From assembly GCA_943704425.1 (NCBI GenBank), contig CALSCP010000012.1, positions 1 through 64,000 on the forward strand: a stretch of 64,000 nt of DNA, written 5' to 3'. Numbering within the stretch: position 1 is the stretch's first letter; every line of letters begins with the position of its first letter. The stretch comes from Ministeria vibrans ATCC 50519. Lineage: Eukaryota > Protista > Filasterea. Position numbers and translations under genes: made by a program. Positions 15,979 through 28,500 of this stretch are shown here, in pieces. Under the pieces are notes generated by a model. The model saw nothing but the letters and a program-made list of their open reading frames with translations. It did not search any database and had not been told where the DNA came from.

Positions 15979-17079
15979 ACTTTGCGACCGTTCCCGAGGC
16001 AAGCATGGACACGAGCGACGATACAGTCAACGCGCCGGCGGCGGCGGCGCAGCAGCAGCACACAGCCTTCAGCTCGGAGATGCTTCGTGCGGCGGGCATT
16101 GAGGACATTGACTCGGCGGACACAGAGAACCCCCAACTTGTGTCGGAGTATGTCAGCGAGATCTACGAGCACCTTTGGGCCCAAGAGATCACCTACAAGA
16201 TCAACCCAACCTTCCTCAGCAAGCAGAAGCACATCACGAACAAGATGCGCTCCGTGCTGCTCGACTGGATCGTCGACGTCCACTACAAGTTCAAGCTGTG
16301 CCCGGAAACTCTCTTTCTCACAGTCAACCTTATTGATCGCTCTCTTGAGGTACAAAAAAAAGAAGAAAAAAAAAAGAAAAAAATGCACAACAAATAATAA
16401 GAGAGAGAAAGATTGTACTAATATGAAGGCGGTGTAGTTGATTTCAGTGTCGCGCGAACGCCTGCAGTTGTTGGGCGTGACGTGCATGCTGTTGGCGTCC
16501 AAGTACGAAGAGATTTACACGCCAGAACTGCGCGACTTCATCTACATCAGCGACAACGCTTACACCAAGGACGACATTCTGGCAATGGAGACGCTGATTC
16601 TGAGCGAGCTGCAGTTCAATTTGGGCGCACCACAGCCTCTGCACTTCTTGCGTCGCGACAGCAAGGCGGCGGGAGTCGACGCCAAAACGCACACAATGGC
16701 CAAGTACCTCATGGAACTGTCGCTACTCTCGTACGACATGTGCCAGTTCAAGGCGAGCGAGATTGCCGGCGCGGCCCTGTGGACCTCCATGAAGGTCCTT
16801 GCGTCGGGCGTCTGGACGCCGACGCTCACCCACTACAGTCGCTACGCCGAAGCGGACCTTAAGGACTGCATTGACGTCATGATTCGCTTGCTTGAACGTG
16901 CTCCCATTGCGTATGCCGAAGAGAAGCCCGGTCGAGTAAGTGACAATCAAACCATGTTTGCTCTGGCACATTTTGGTTCTCATTCGTGTTTTGTGTAGAG
17001 TGTTTTTGCAAAGTATAAGAACCCAAAGCTCTTCAAAGTGTCGAAGATTGCGGCGCAATATGTCGCCGACAGCCAATAG
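15642..17079 (+). CDS. CCNB: G2/mitotic cyclin B
   Basis: D-boxes RNVLGDVSN and RQAFGDIGN; DIDSAD..NPQLVSEYV; MRSVLLDWIVDVH; LQLLGVTCMLLASKYEEIY; PLHFLRRDSKA; AKYLMEL. Two coding introns and a probable 5'UTR intron ending at 15617. Confidence 0.96.
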
Positions 17080-17378
17080 ATTGAGTCACATGGCTATATT
17101 TGGAAATGGTTGTTTTTAATTGTGTGTGTATGTAATAGTTTAATTGTGTGTGTTCAATCATCATCAAAGTACACAATGGAATATTGAACAAGGAAAAGCC
17201 CACAGTTACCCATAGCTCCATGCCAGATAATGATACAAGTGTAAAGTGAGGGCATTAGTTTATTGTATTGGTCGTTGGTGGTTACTTTTCAGACTTGATC
17301 AGCGTGCGTGTGAACATTATTAGTATTATTAGTATTATTAGTATTATTATTATTAGTATTATTAGTATTATTCATTCA

Positions 17379-18787
17379 ATGGAACAGGCGGAGGAAAGCG
17401 ACAAAGATCGCCTGTACGCGCGCAAAATCCTCCTCCAGTTGACGGTGGCGCTGGACCTGGCGAATCTCTTCAAGCGAGAGGCGTGTCCTGTGATCGAGTG
17501 CGCGCGTGAGCGGGTCCTCCAGCTGCCGCACGCCGATCGCGCCTTCTGCGTTGCCCTGCGCGACTTCCTCGTTCATTATCCCCAGCTCAACGCCAGCTAC
17601 CGACGCGCCGTGCCGCATGGCAAGGAGCTGAGCAAGCGACTCATCAACATCGTGTCGGGCCACTGGGAGTTCTCGTTGCGGTCGCCAGGCGAGCGCGTAG
17701 AACGCGGAGTGGCGGCACTTGCGGAACTGACGGACGAATTGGAGGGCCAGCGTCGCGCTGTTGCCGCTGCCGCCGAGGCGGTCGTCGACAGCGCACCAGC
17801 CACGTTGTCGGCTGCTGTCACGCCCGCAGACACTTCCATTTTCGACGCGCTTGTCGAGGACGACGTCGACGACGAAGCGGACGTGTCACCAGTAGCGTCG
17901 TCAGACGCGCGAGTGCGCGAGCCAGGCAAGGCTATTGGCTACGCGCGACGTCGCTACCTTGATCTGCTTGCACTCATCATGAGCAATCAATCGTGTCTGT
18001 GGGACTCGCTCATGTGTGCGCACACGACGGCCGAGCTTCCAGAGGCACTTCGCATCACTGTCGACTTGCAAGTGCGCATGTTTGCCGCCTCAATCATGCG
18101 CAAAGAGCCCAACGAGCTGCGTCGTTTGATACATGCCCACCAAGGCACCCCGCGACGTGCACTCGCGACAGTCCTTGGTGTTGCAGGCGGCTCTACGCTG
18201 GTGATGCGTGCTATTGTGGCGTTCCTCCTCAACCCTCCTTTGGGCGGCGGACACAATGTTCTTCAGCGCTGGCTCGACTCCACCGTCAACGTCGCCGGCA
18301 CCGAAGCACGTCTTCAGCGGGTACGCGCGACTCTCCCGCCCGTTATTGTGGCACACATTCGGGCTGTTGTCGCACACCGCTACCCAGCTCGTCTGCCCAA
18401 CTTCTCCGAGGGTCTCGTGCGCGAAGTGCTGCAGGCTCGCCATCTCGCACGTCGTCCACTCGACGCAACCATCATTGAAGAGACCTTTTTCGAACGCCGT
18501 CGAGCACTTGCCGTCTACGAATGTATGCTACTGGACACGCAGGTGCGCGACAAGACGGCTTTTCTCGAGCAATTGCAGTCCAAACCTGTCACCGAGTGCG
18601 TCCGTCAAGCGCTGCTGATGCTCCTGCGTCCCTTGCGCGGTGCACTCAAGCACGGTGGTCTTGCACAGCTCTTTGACCGCGCTTTTGCAGCAGTGGGCGA
18701 GACTTTTGCAGTGGCACTGCGCACACACAGAGGGCAACAACAACAGCCACACGAACACCACCAGCAGCAGCAGCAACAACAACAAGA

Positions 18788-18835
<48 letters not shown>

Positions 18836-19808
18836 ACAGCAACAACAACAACAGAAGCAAGAACAACAGCAGCACGAGACGGAGCGACAGGTGGCAGTGT
18901 GTGTTGCTGTGCGCGATGTTTTTGACGCAGTGTGGACCTTCTTGCACGCGGCTGCCGTCAACGATGACACTAAGCACACAATGCAATCGCTGGTGCACTG
19001 GCTGGTGGATGCATACACACGCAACGGCGATTTTGATGTGGATGCGATGGTGGAGCGTGCATGGCCCTGTCAGGAGGGAGAGGAAGAGACATCGACGCAG
19101 ACGGAGCAACAGTTGAAGACGCGAACTGCCTTCTGGGCCGAAGTGAGACGGGTGCGTGACTACCGATGGTACCACAAGGAAGACCGTGGGAAGACCATGC
19201 CTGACTATGTGCTTGTGCCTGCGCTGTTGGAGCAGTTTCGTCAAAAGTTGCTGGAGCAGCGCACCACTCCAGAGCCTATTGAGGCGAGTGTGCCGTCATC
19301 TGAGGCGAAGGAAAGTCAGATATTTGAGGGAGTTGTACAGTTGGAAGTGAGCGGTGGGGATGGAGTGGCTTTGGAAGCGAATGGAGCGCGTGCTCTGGTG
19401 GTGTCGCTGGGACATGCGAGTGCGCGACTGTATGTGCGACACAGATTGTTTCCTCTAAAAAGTGAAAGGTTGGGTGAAAACGAGGAGGACAGAGTGCGCA
19501 CCGCTGTGCTGGCACTGTTGCCCATTGCGGATGTGTCGCTGGTGGAGCGAGGCACAGCAAGCGAACAGGAGCGCCACCGACAAGGCTACACTCTGATGCC
19601 GCTGAGCTCAAGCACTCTCCTGTGCTACCGCAGACGCACTATGCCCAGTGCCCCTGGTGCGCTCAATGGCTTTTTGCGCGCAATTGTAGTTACCAAAGAC
19701 CAGCATTGCGAGTGCGGTGCGCGGGATGGGTCCTTGCGCTGTCTTGGAATGATACTCAATTTGCCCTTTCGTCGCAAGAGAGCAGTGTGGGTCAACGATG
19801 GCTTGTAA
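17379..19808 (+). CDS. Intronless ~809-aa protein, probable DUF3818 (Lec1/Ypr097w-like) domain with polyQ tract
   Basis: Long clean ORF. IHAHQGTPRRAL..VMRAIVAFLLNPPLGGGHNVLQRWLD resembles the DUF3818 core motif (LFLAQPFG..LLQR) as recalled; not search-verified. Confidence 0.6.
18735..18872 (+). repeat. CAG/CAA polyglutamine tract
   Basis: Long in-frame run of Gln codons with few interruptions. Confidence 0.95.
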
Positions 19809-20008
19809 AACCATTAAAGAAATAGAAAGAGATGCAACGATCAACGATCAACCTGTTCAATAATTATTTTAATTTTAACGTCAAGGTCTGGAGGAAATAA
19901 GTATAGGAAATAAAATAATATTATTATTATTTTTATTAATAATCATAATAATAATAATAATTATAGAAATAAATGAAGTGAAAGGTCGACTCAGGAAGAA
20001 AAAATGTA

Positions 20009-20053
<45 letters not shown>

Positions 20054-20307
20054 TTTATTGCGATGAACTTCGCTTAGCACAAATACAAACATGGAAATTA
20101 AATTAAAACTAGTCAAACTACTTTGAACGTTAGAATCCTTACCGACGTATGAATCATTTAGCCATGAGCTTCTTGAGCTATGTCAATCGTTTAGTGCTGT
20201 TGGCCCAGACGCAACTGATGGCGGATGAGTTGTCACTGAGTCATGACTGACAACGAATCAGTATTCAGTCACCACACTTTCTCTCTCTGTTTGGTTTCAC
20301 CCCTTTC

Positions 20308-21499
20308 ATGACGTTACTGGAGTGGGCAATTGCTGCCGACGACGCGGCAACGGCAGTCTTCGGTCCGCCCTGGGAGGTACAGCACAGCGCAGCACATGCA
20401 GCCACCTTTGGCAGGCCCTTCTCACGCCCTCTCCTCGCCTCCCCGCGCCTCTCCCACGCAGGACGTCGACCTGTTCTCACTTGTGCTTGTCTTCTCACTC
20501 GTCTGGATGTTCGTTGCGTGGGTCTACGACACGCTGCGTGGCCGTGCGGGCTCCATTCGCTTCGCATGGGCCATCAACCTGTGCTTCATCGCCGCGCTCT
20601 ATCTCGTCCACGGCGGCGGCTTCTTCCCCCGCCGCCTCGGCGTCTGCAGCATGATGCTCTACTCTGGCCTCTACTACGCCTTCTCCTCGCGCTACGCCGT
20701 CACCGGCGAGGAACCCCCCAGATGGGCCCAACGACGCGCTGTCTGGAAGACTGGCAAGCACTTCTTCCGCCTCAAATCGCCCGCCATCAACTTTCTCTTT
20801 CTCTACCAAGGTCAGCCAACTGCTTCCCCTTCCTCTCCTTCTTGATTTCCTCTCATTCTCGTCACCGCTTCTTTCACTCTATCTTTTGCAGGCAATGCAG
20901 TGCTGAACATCTTCGTCTTCTCCTTCCCGCTCAGTCTTGTCTCACAAAATGACGACAAGACTATCATTACGTTCGGCGAAGCACTCGCTCACGTAATATG
21001 GTTTTTCTCCGTCCTTCTTGTTCTCAAAGCAAACTCTGAAATCTCCCAATTCACCTCAAATTCAAAAGGTAAATAAACACTTTGTGTCTCATCCCTTCTC
21101 ACTAACACCCAAACAGAAGTTCTCAATACGGGTCTGTGGCGGTATTCACGCCACCCAAACTACTTCTTTGAGTTTTGCACTTGGTGTTCCTATGCTATTT
21201 ATGCGTCAACAGTAAGAAACACACACAATCCATCTGTCCGCATCTCATTTCTCTCTCTCTCTCTGTTTGTTTAGTCTGTCAAAGACCCAATTGACCATTT
21301 CTCGCTGCTTATGGTTCCTCTGTTTGCCTATGTGTTCATGGTCTATGTCAATGGACTTAAGTACCTCGAATTGGGCTCAATCGAGCGCAGAGGCTCAGCG
21401 TATAAGCTATACCAGAGGCAAACGTCCATGTTTATCCCTTGGTTTCCAAAGCAAGTTCCTTCCACCTCCACTCACTCCCAAAAGATCAAGAACAGCTGA
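20308..21499 (+). CDS. DUF1295 / steroid 5-alpha-reductase-like membrane protein (paralog 1)
   Basis: Spliced LNTGLWRYSRHPNYFFEFCTW and AYKLYQRQTSMFIPWFPK; multiple TM segments. Start codon uncertain. Confidence 0.85.
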
Positions 21500-21617
21500 T
21501 GTTTTCTTTTGTTTTTTNNNGGTGTGTGTGTGTGTGTCTTTGTGTTCATGTGGTGTATGGTGTATGTGTGTCTTTGTGTTTTTGTGGTGTATGTCTTTGT
21601 GGTGTGTGTGTGTGTAC

Positions 21618-22400
21618 CGGCACTGGTGAGGTTGGCCTGCTTGAAGGCAACCAGGCCACTGTCAAAGGCCGCCTGTTGTGCCGCAGTGAAGTAGGCGGTC
21701 TGCGGAAGAACCTTGTCTGCAAGACGCACATGCGCCGCCAGGTCCTTCTCCACAATGTATTGCATCAGATTGCGACCGATGAAGCCGGTGCCTGCGCAAT
21801 GAGAGGGGGAAAGTGTGATTGAATCGCATAAACATAAAAAAGTGTGTGATGACGACGACACGATTTAGAAGAACAGAAAAAGCTGAGTGTAATTATGGAC
21901 GCATCTAAGCGGATAGGTAAAAATGCACGTGTTCCGAGACGTACGCCCGGCCAAAGGAGCATCTTGAAAACGAAACAACTCAACAAATCGGAGAACGATT
22001 TTTTTTTTTGCAAAGTTTAAAACTCCATAAGAGCCAAAGCGAATCAAGACCGAAGCAACAGCTGATAGGCATGGGAACGCCAGTAGTTGTGGATATTGGT
22101 AGGCTAGCAGCGGTCTTTCTACGATTTGAAGTCGGTGCGACTTGCAAAGTTTTTTTTTTTGCCAAATAGAAACCCTGACAGTCAAAAAGAAGCCTGCTTG
22201 CGGGGACTTGAGCCATGCATATGAGCATTAGAAGGAATATGGAACGCATGCGGCAAATAGTTGGGGCGAATCGACGCCGGGATATGGTGGTAGAGACACG
22301 AAAGCGAATACGTCACGAACACTGTTGAAACGTCATAGGAAAGGAAAAAGGGCGAAACGATCGTACCGCCAAGAATCAGGACGCGTGGTTTGTCAGACAT
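21618..22400 (-). CDS. NAD-dependent epimerase/dehydratase (extended SDR), first two exons only
   Basis: MSDKPRVLILGG|TGFIGRNLMQYIVEKDLAAHVRLADKVLPQTAY..FKQANL (GxxGxxG). The remainder is lost at the NNN gap 21518-21520. Confidence 0.8.
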
Positions 22401-22581
22401 GTCTGTAAGATGTTGATTGGATGTATTTAAGGTGTATGTACGCAATGGCGCTTTAATTTGTCTGACTTGATGATTGATCAGTGATCACGTCTTGAAAAGT
22501 CAAAATAAGTTCACCACACTACTCGATCAAGTTTTTGAAAATTAAAAAATACATTAATACAAACAATTTATTTGTGCAAGT

Positions 22582-25500
22582 ATGGCGCTCGCACCGACCA
22601 ATGCGTTGTCGCTGCGTGTTGTCAAGGATGGAAACGTGAAAACACTTCAGGTATGAACGTTTCGTCGGGATCACCGCCACACAAAATACCACCTCACCCC
22701 ATACGGCTCTCTGCAGTTTTCCGGCGACCTCGTCGTCTTCGAGGTGTGTCGTGAACTGGAATCCCGACTTGATGTGGACAACGGCGACGAGTATGGGCTG
22801 TTCCTGCCCGAAGAGGACTCTACCAAAGGGCGCTGGATGGAGCCCGGCCGCACTCTCAACTACTACGACCTCTCCAGCGGAGTAAGCACTTCGCCCTGCA
22901 GCCTGCTTGCCGTCACAGCCCGCCTCTGCGCTGCTGCTGTCCCCTGCCATCGCTCTGTTTCCGCTCTTTCAACAATCTGCAGTCGGGTCAATGATAAAAA
23001 GTTTTTTTTTATCATCTTGATTGCGTTTGCTCAGCAACCCTGCTCGTCGCTTTCTCAGCTCCCATGCGCCACTACACGTATTTCATGCATTTCTTTGCTT
23101 CCTGCCGCTGCTGGCTCTTAAATCCGCCTTGTCTGGACGAATTAGAGCAAAAAATAACTTTGAGTGACGTGGTTTTCCTTTTTTTTCATTTCTGATTTTC
23201 GATCGGCTCTTTTGCTCTCTCCTCTCGCTCTGCTCTCTCCTCTCGCAAGTCGCGCCCATGCTCTTGTTCTTCTTTCATCTACTTTCCTCGCACACCGAGC
23301 TGTTTCAGTGCACATTTTTTTTTGTCGCCACACAAATGTGAACTCGAACAACTAATAATACTTATTACGTCTTTTGTCAGGACATGATCGAGTACAAAAA
23401 GAAGATTCGACCTTTACGTGTCAAGCTCATGGATGACTCCACTCGAATGGTACAGACAGACGGGAAGGGAATGTCCTCGATTAACTCTTATTCGACTTCA
23501 CTTTCTCTCTTTCACTTTCACTCTCTCTCTCTCCATTACTTTGTTTGTTTCTCCTCCTCTTCGCCGTGTTTCCATCTTCTCTTTCCTCTGCTTTTTCTTT
23601 TTATTTTCAGGTGATGGTGGACGACAGTCTAATTGTGTCAGACTTGGTGCGGACCGTGTGTGACCGAATTGGAATCAACAATTTCGACGAGTTCTCGTTC
23701 ACGTCCAACGTGAGCAAGGAGGACATTGGCGAGGAGAAGAAGCCCGAGGGTGGCATTGTGTCCAAGGCGGAGGCGCGTCAGGCGAAAAAGATGCAAAAGC
23801 TCAAGAAGAAGCTGCACACAGACGACGAAGTGAACTGGCTCAATCCCGATCGCAGTCTGCGCGAACAAGGCGTCGACGAGACCAAGCAGGTCACGCTGCG
23901 CAAAAAATTCTTCTTCAGTGACCAGAACGTCGATCGAAACGACCCCGTCCAGCTCAACCTGCTCTACGTCCAGAGTCGCGACGCCATTCTTAACGGTTCT
24001 CACCCTTGTAGCCTTGACGACGCCATTCGATTTGCCGCCCTTCAAATGCAGGTAATAATTAAAATAATAGGACCGATTTTTTTTTGGTTTCTTTTTTCAC
24101 TCGCATCTTATTTTGTCCTTTGCATTGCCTATGAATGTGATTGTGTTTAGGTGCAACATGGTGATCACGATGCAAACAAGCACAAGGGCTCCTTTGTGAG
24201 TATGGACACGCTGTTGCCGCCCGAGTACGCCAAGCAAAAGGGTCTCGACAAACGCATTTTCGCGGACCATCGCAAATTGGTGACGCTCAACGAAATGAAT
24301 GCCAAGTTGCGGTATATTCAGCTCTGTCGGTCGCTCAAGACGTACGGTGTCACATTCTTCTTGGTCAAGGAGAAGGTCAAGGGCAAGAATAAGCTGGAGC
24401 CGCGTCTGCTGGGCGTCACTCGCGACAGTGTGTTGCGTGTCGACGAGCGCACCAAGGAGGTCATGCGCACCTGGCCCCTCACTCAGGTGCGTCGTTGGGC
24501 TGCCTCACCAAACTCGTTTACCCTCGACTTTGGCGACTACTCCGAGTCGTACTACTCGGTGCAGACAACCGAAGGCGAGGCCATCAGCAAGCTCATTGCC
24601 GGCTACATTGACATTATTCTCAAGAAGAAGAAGGACTCGGACAAGATTGTGCCGATCGACGAGGCAAGTGCCTCCGCCTCGTCTGACTCCATCTCGGGCC
24701 ACAAAGCCAAGCGTGTTGTGCGCCGCAAAGGTCCCCTCGCGATCACCTCCACCGGCGAATCCACCAGCCCCGCGCCGAGTCCCCCCACCAGCCCGACCGG
24801 CGGCGGCGGCCATCGTGCTTCCAATGTGGGTCCCGGAGGCGCAGCTCTCGGCCCGCGTCAGGCAGCCAACTTGCGTCCGGGTGCGCCACCCACCGTCTCC
24901 GGTGGTGGTCAACAGCGCCCCGAGCAGGCTGGTATGGGTTTGACGGCGCATCTTAACCGTGGCCAGGCGGCCGTCGGCGTTGCAATGACCTTCCTCGCTA
25001 GCGCTGCCGTTCTCCCGCCACTGGGCACTGACCCAGCGTCCAAGGCGTGGGTGCGTAAGACGCGCATGGTCACTGAGAGCAACGTCTCCGTCCAGCTTGC
25101 GGCCGTGTCGGCGGCCGCCGCACGTCTCATCAACTTGACGGCGCTTGGCGACGTTGACAGCACCGCGCTTGGCTCGGCCGTCTCATCTATGGCCAGCAAC
25201 ATTGTCGAGCTTGGCAAGTCGGCCAAGCTGCTAGCGGGTCTCGACGAGGAACAGAGTGCTACCATTCTCAAGGCAGTGCGCGAACTCACGGAGCTGTCGG
25301 GTGTCATGATGGGCGCGGTCCAGTCGGACGGTCAGGTGGACCGCAAGGAGTTGGGCAAGATTGCTGGATCGCTTGGTCTCAATGCCGAAGGTGTGCTGGC
25401 ACTCACGCGTGGCGGCAATCGAGCCAAGAAGGAGACCGTCGAGATTTTGTTTGATCACGCTAAGGAGGTTGCCGGCACCATGGCGGGCGTCGTCAACGCC

Positions 25501-28500
25501 GCCAAATCGGTCGCTGCGCAGTGTGCCAATCCGGCCAAGCAGGCCGAGGTGATCCAATTGGCCAAGGACGCCGCGGTGTTCACATCGCAGCTGGTCACGG
25601 TCACCAAGTTGTGCGGTGCGTCCGTCGACGTTGACATGTGTCAGGATCAGCTGTTGGCCGCGGCGCGTGCCATTCTCGCCGCTTGCCAGCAACTCAAGTT
25701 TGTCTCGGACGAGTGTTGCGACGACTTTGCCGCGCGCAAGGAGCTTGCCGATAACATTCAGGTAATGTCCACGGCGGTCGGAGGCTACTCGGCGGCCGTC
25801 AACGAGACCGCCGAAAAGGCACGTCAGGCCGAGGTCAAGGTGACAAGCAAGGAGGAGACCTGCCAGAAGATTATGGAGGCGGCCAATGCCATGCAGTCCG
25901 CCAGTGGCAATGTGCCTCGCATGGTCACTCACGCCAAGACGTTTGCCCAGGGTTCAGCGCTGCTGTGCAACCTCATCAAGGCCGAAAGCAAGAATACGAC
26001 AGACAAGAACGAGGCGGATCGTTTGCTCGACGCAGCAAAACGCCTCGCCGAGTCGACTGCCTTCCTGGTCAACTGTGCCAAGGCGGCCTCAGGCAAACCC
26101 AAAGATATTCTGCTCATGACCCGTCTCGCCGACGCCGGTCACGAGTTGCGTGCCACCGCCGAGGAGGTCTCCAACGAGGCGGTGCGTGCCGTTCTCATGA
26201 AGAAGCTGCGTGACGCGGCTCGTACCGCCACAGCGTCCACGTCAAACCTGACCAGTGCCGTCGCCGAGTGTCAGTCGTGCAATCGTAATTTGGTGTCGCA
26301 AGAGCAACTGCTTGCCACGAGCAAGGCCATTATTGCCTCCATCAACGACCTCATTGCTGCCGAACGCGCCAGCTCGGACCCTGACTTGCAACAGTCGGCG
26401 ACGGCCCAACTTGAACTCATCAAGACGGCGCGTGCCTTTATTCCCAACGGCCAACGCCTGCTTGCCGCGTGCAAGGCCGCCGCACCGACCATTGACGATC
26501 CCGCCGTGAGCATGACAGTCGACGAGCTGACGGGCAAACTCGGAAAGGCCCTTGAGACACTCAAGGTGGCCCAGGAGCAGGCGGCCACCGCCTGTGACTC
26601 GATGGAGTTTAATGCAGCCCTCGAGGTACGTTTTAAAGAAACAGGAAAACCCTTTCACTTTTCCGTTTCTCTTTCTTTCCTTTTTTATTCTTCTTTTTTT
26701 TTTTGTTTTTTTGTGTGTGTGTGTGTGTGTGTATTCTTCTTCTAAATTTGAGCGCGCTTTCTAATTGATTAGTTGTTGGACGAATTGGACTTGGATTTGG
26801 ACGCGGTTGAATCCACCTGTACCATTGGCAAGTTGTTGCCGTTGCCGTCGGACGATGCGGACCAAGCAGCGGCCGAGGTGGGCGCACTGAGCAAGACAAT
26901 GCAGAGTGCCATTGCGCAGTTGGTGTCGGCGGCGCGCCAGGGCAACAAGACGTATGTGGGTGTGGCGGCGCGTGACATGGTGGGCATGCTCAGTGATTTT
27001 TGCGACGCGTGTCGTGCAGTCGCAGCGACCGACAAGACCAAGACGGGCGCGGACCGTGCCGAGATTGTGCGGGTTGCTCGTGATGTCATTGGTGTCTGTC
27101 GTGTCGCCATGGATGACTGTCGCGACGTTGTCGAGACCCAGGCGGCCCGACACGCCAACGGTGACGGTGACGACGACGGCAACGACGACGAAGAGGACGA
27201 GATGGCTCTTGCCATGGCGGACGATCTCAGCAAGCACCAGATAGGAATGCAGAATGCGCTGGACCAGGTGCTTCGCTGCCTTCCCGGTCTCGGCGACGTC
27301 GACACGTGCATCGACACCATCCACGACATGCTTGCGGGTCTTGAAGAGGGCCAGCTTCCCTTTGTCGATGGTGTCCAGCAAAAGGACTTGTGGGCATTGC
27401 TGGACATGTCGGCGGGCGAGCTCAGTGATGCTGCCGCCAGTATTGTGGCTGCCTCGCGTCAGGGGGCCGCCGAGCTGTCGACTGCGGCGCGTGCTTACAG
27501 CGAGAAACTCGAGCAAATGGTTGGCATGGGAGCTCAACTGGCGGCTGTGAGTCCCGACGTGGAGGGACCCGGCTCGCAAAGCGACTGTCTCACAGGTCTG
27601 CGCAACATGGTGGAGGCATCGGCACGTCTCGTCGAGTCGGCCAAGGTACTTGCGGCCGACGTGAACACCCCCAACGGTCGTACCATGTTGGCCATGTCGG
27701 CGCGCGCGCTCACCGACTCGATCAACTCCATGCTGGACAACTGCATTGGCTCAGACACGGTTGCGGGTACGGTCGAGTGCGATGCGGCAGCGCGCACCAT
27801 TCGTGGACTTATGGAACAGTGCGAGACGGTCGACGAGCCCATCAATGACTCGGACTACTTTTCCTGTCTCGACACCACAGTGGGTCGTTCGCAGGCGCTC
27901 GGGGAGTGCATGACTCAGATTCGCGCGTGTGTGCGTGCCTCCGAGGGTGAGAGTGTCGCTGCGGTGGCCGCCGAGGCGTCGGCAGCGGTCACGTCGCTCA
28001 CCGAGGCTGTCTTGCAGGCGGCGTACCTGGTGGGTCGTGCAGACACGTCGGCTGTCGAGGCGGAGACGGGCGTGGTGGATCAAGCGGAGTTTGCGCGTGC
28101 GCGTCAGGCCATTCTGCTGGCGTGCGACGCCCTCAATGCGCCTGACGCGGACCAGAAGAAAATCTTGGCGACCGCGACGGTCATTGCCAAGCACACGAGT
28201 GCCCTGTGCAATGGCTGCAAGCAGGCGAGCAAGCTAACCACAAACCCCGTGGCGAAGCAGCAGTTTGTGTCGAGTGCCAAGGCGGTGGCCAAGTCGACGG
28301 GGCAGCTCGTGGCTACCATGAAGCGACTTGCCATTGACCCGTCCGATTTGCACCGCGAACAGTGCGCCGATGCGACCCAACCACTCATTGACGCGGTCGA
28401 TGTGCTCTGCACCTATGCCGGTAGTCCCGAATTTGGTGCGGGCGTTGTGTTCTCGCTGAGTCCGCAGGCGCTTGCGTCCCAAATGCCACTGCTTGCCTGC

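Noticed and set aside
21845-21886. GTGATGA...CTGA, a C/D-box-like pair
   Set aside because: Only about 40 nt apart, antisense to the host intron and with no terminal stem; too short for a snoRNA.
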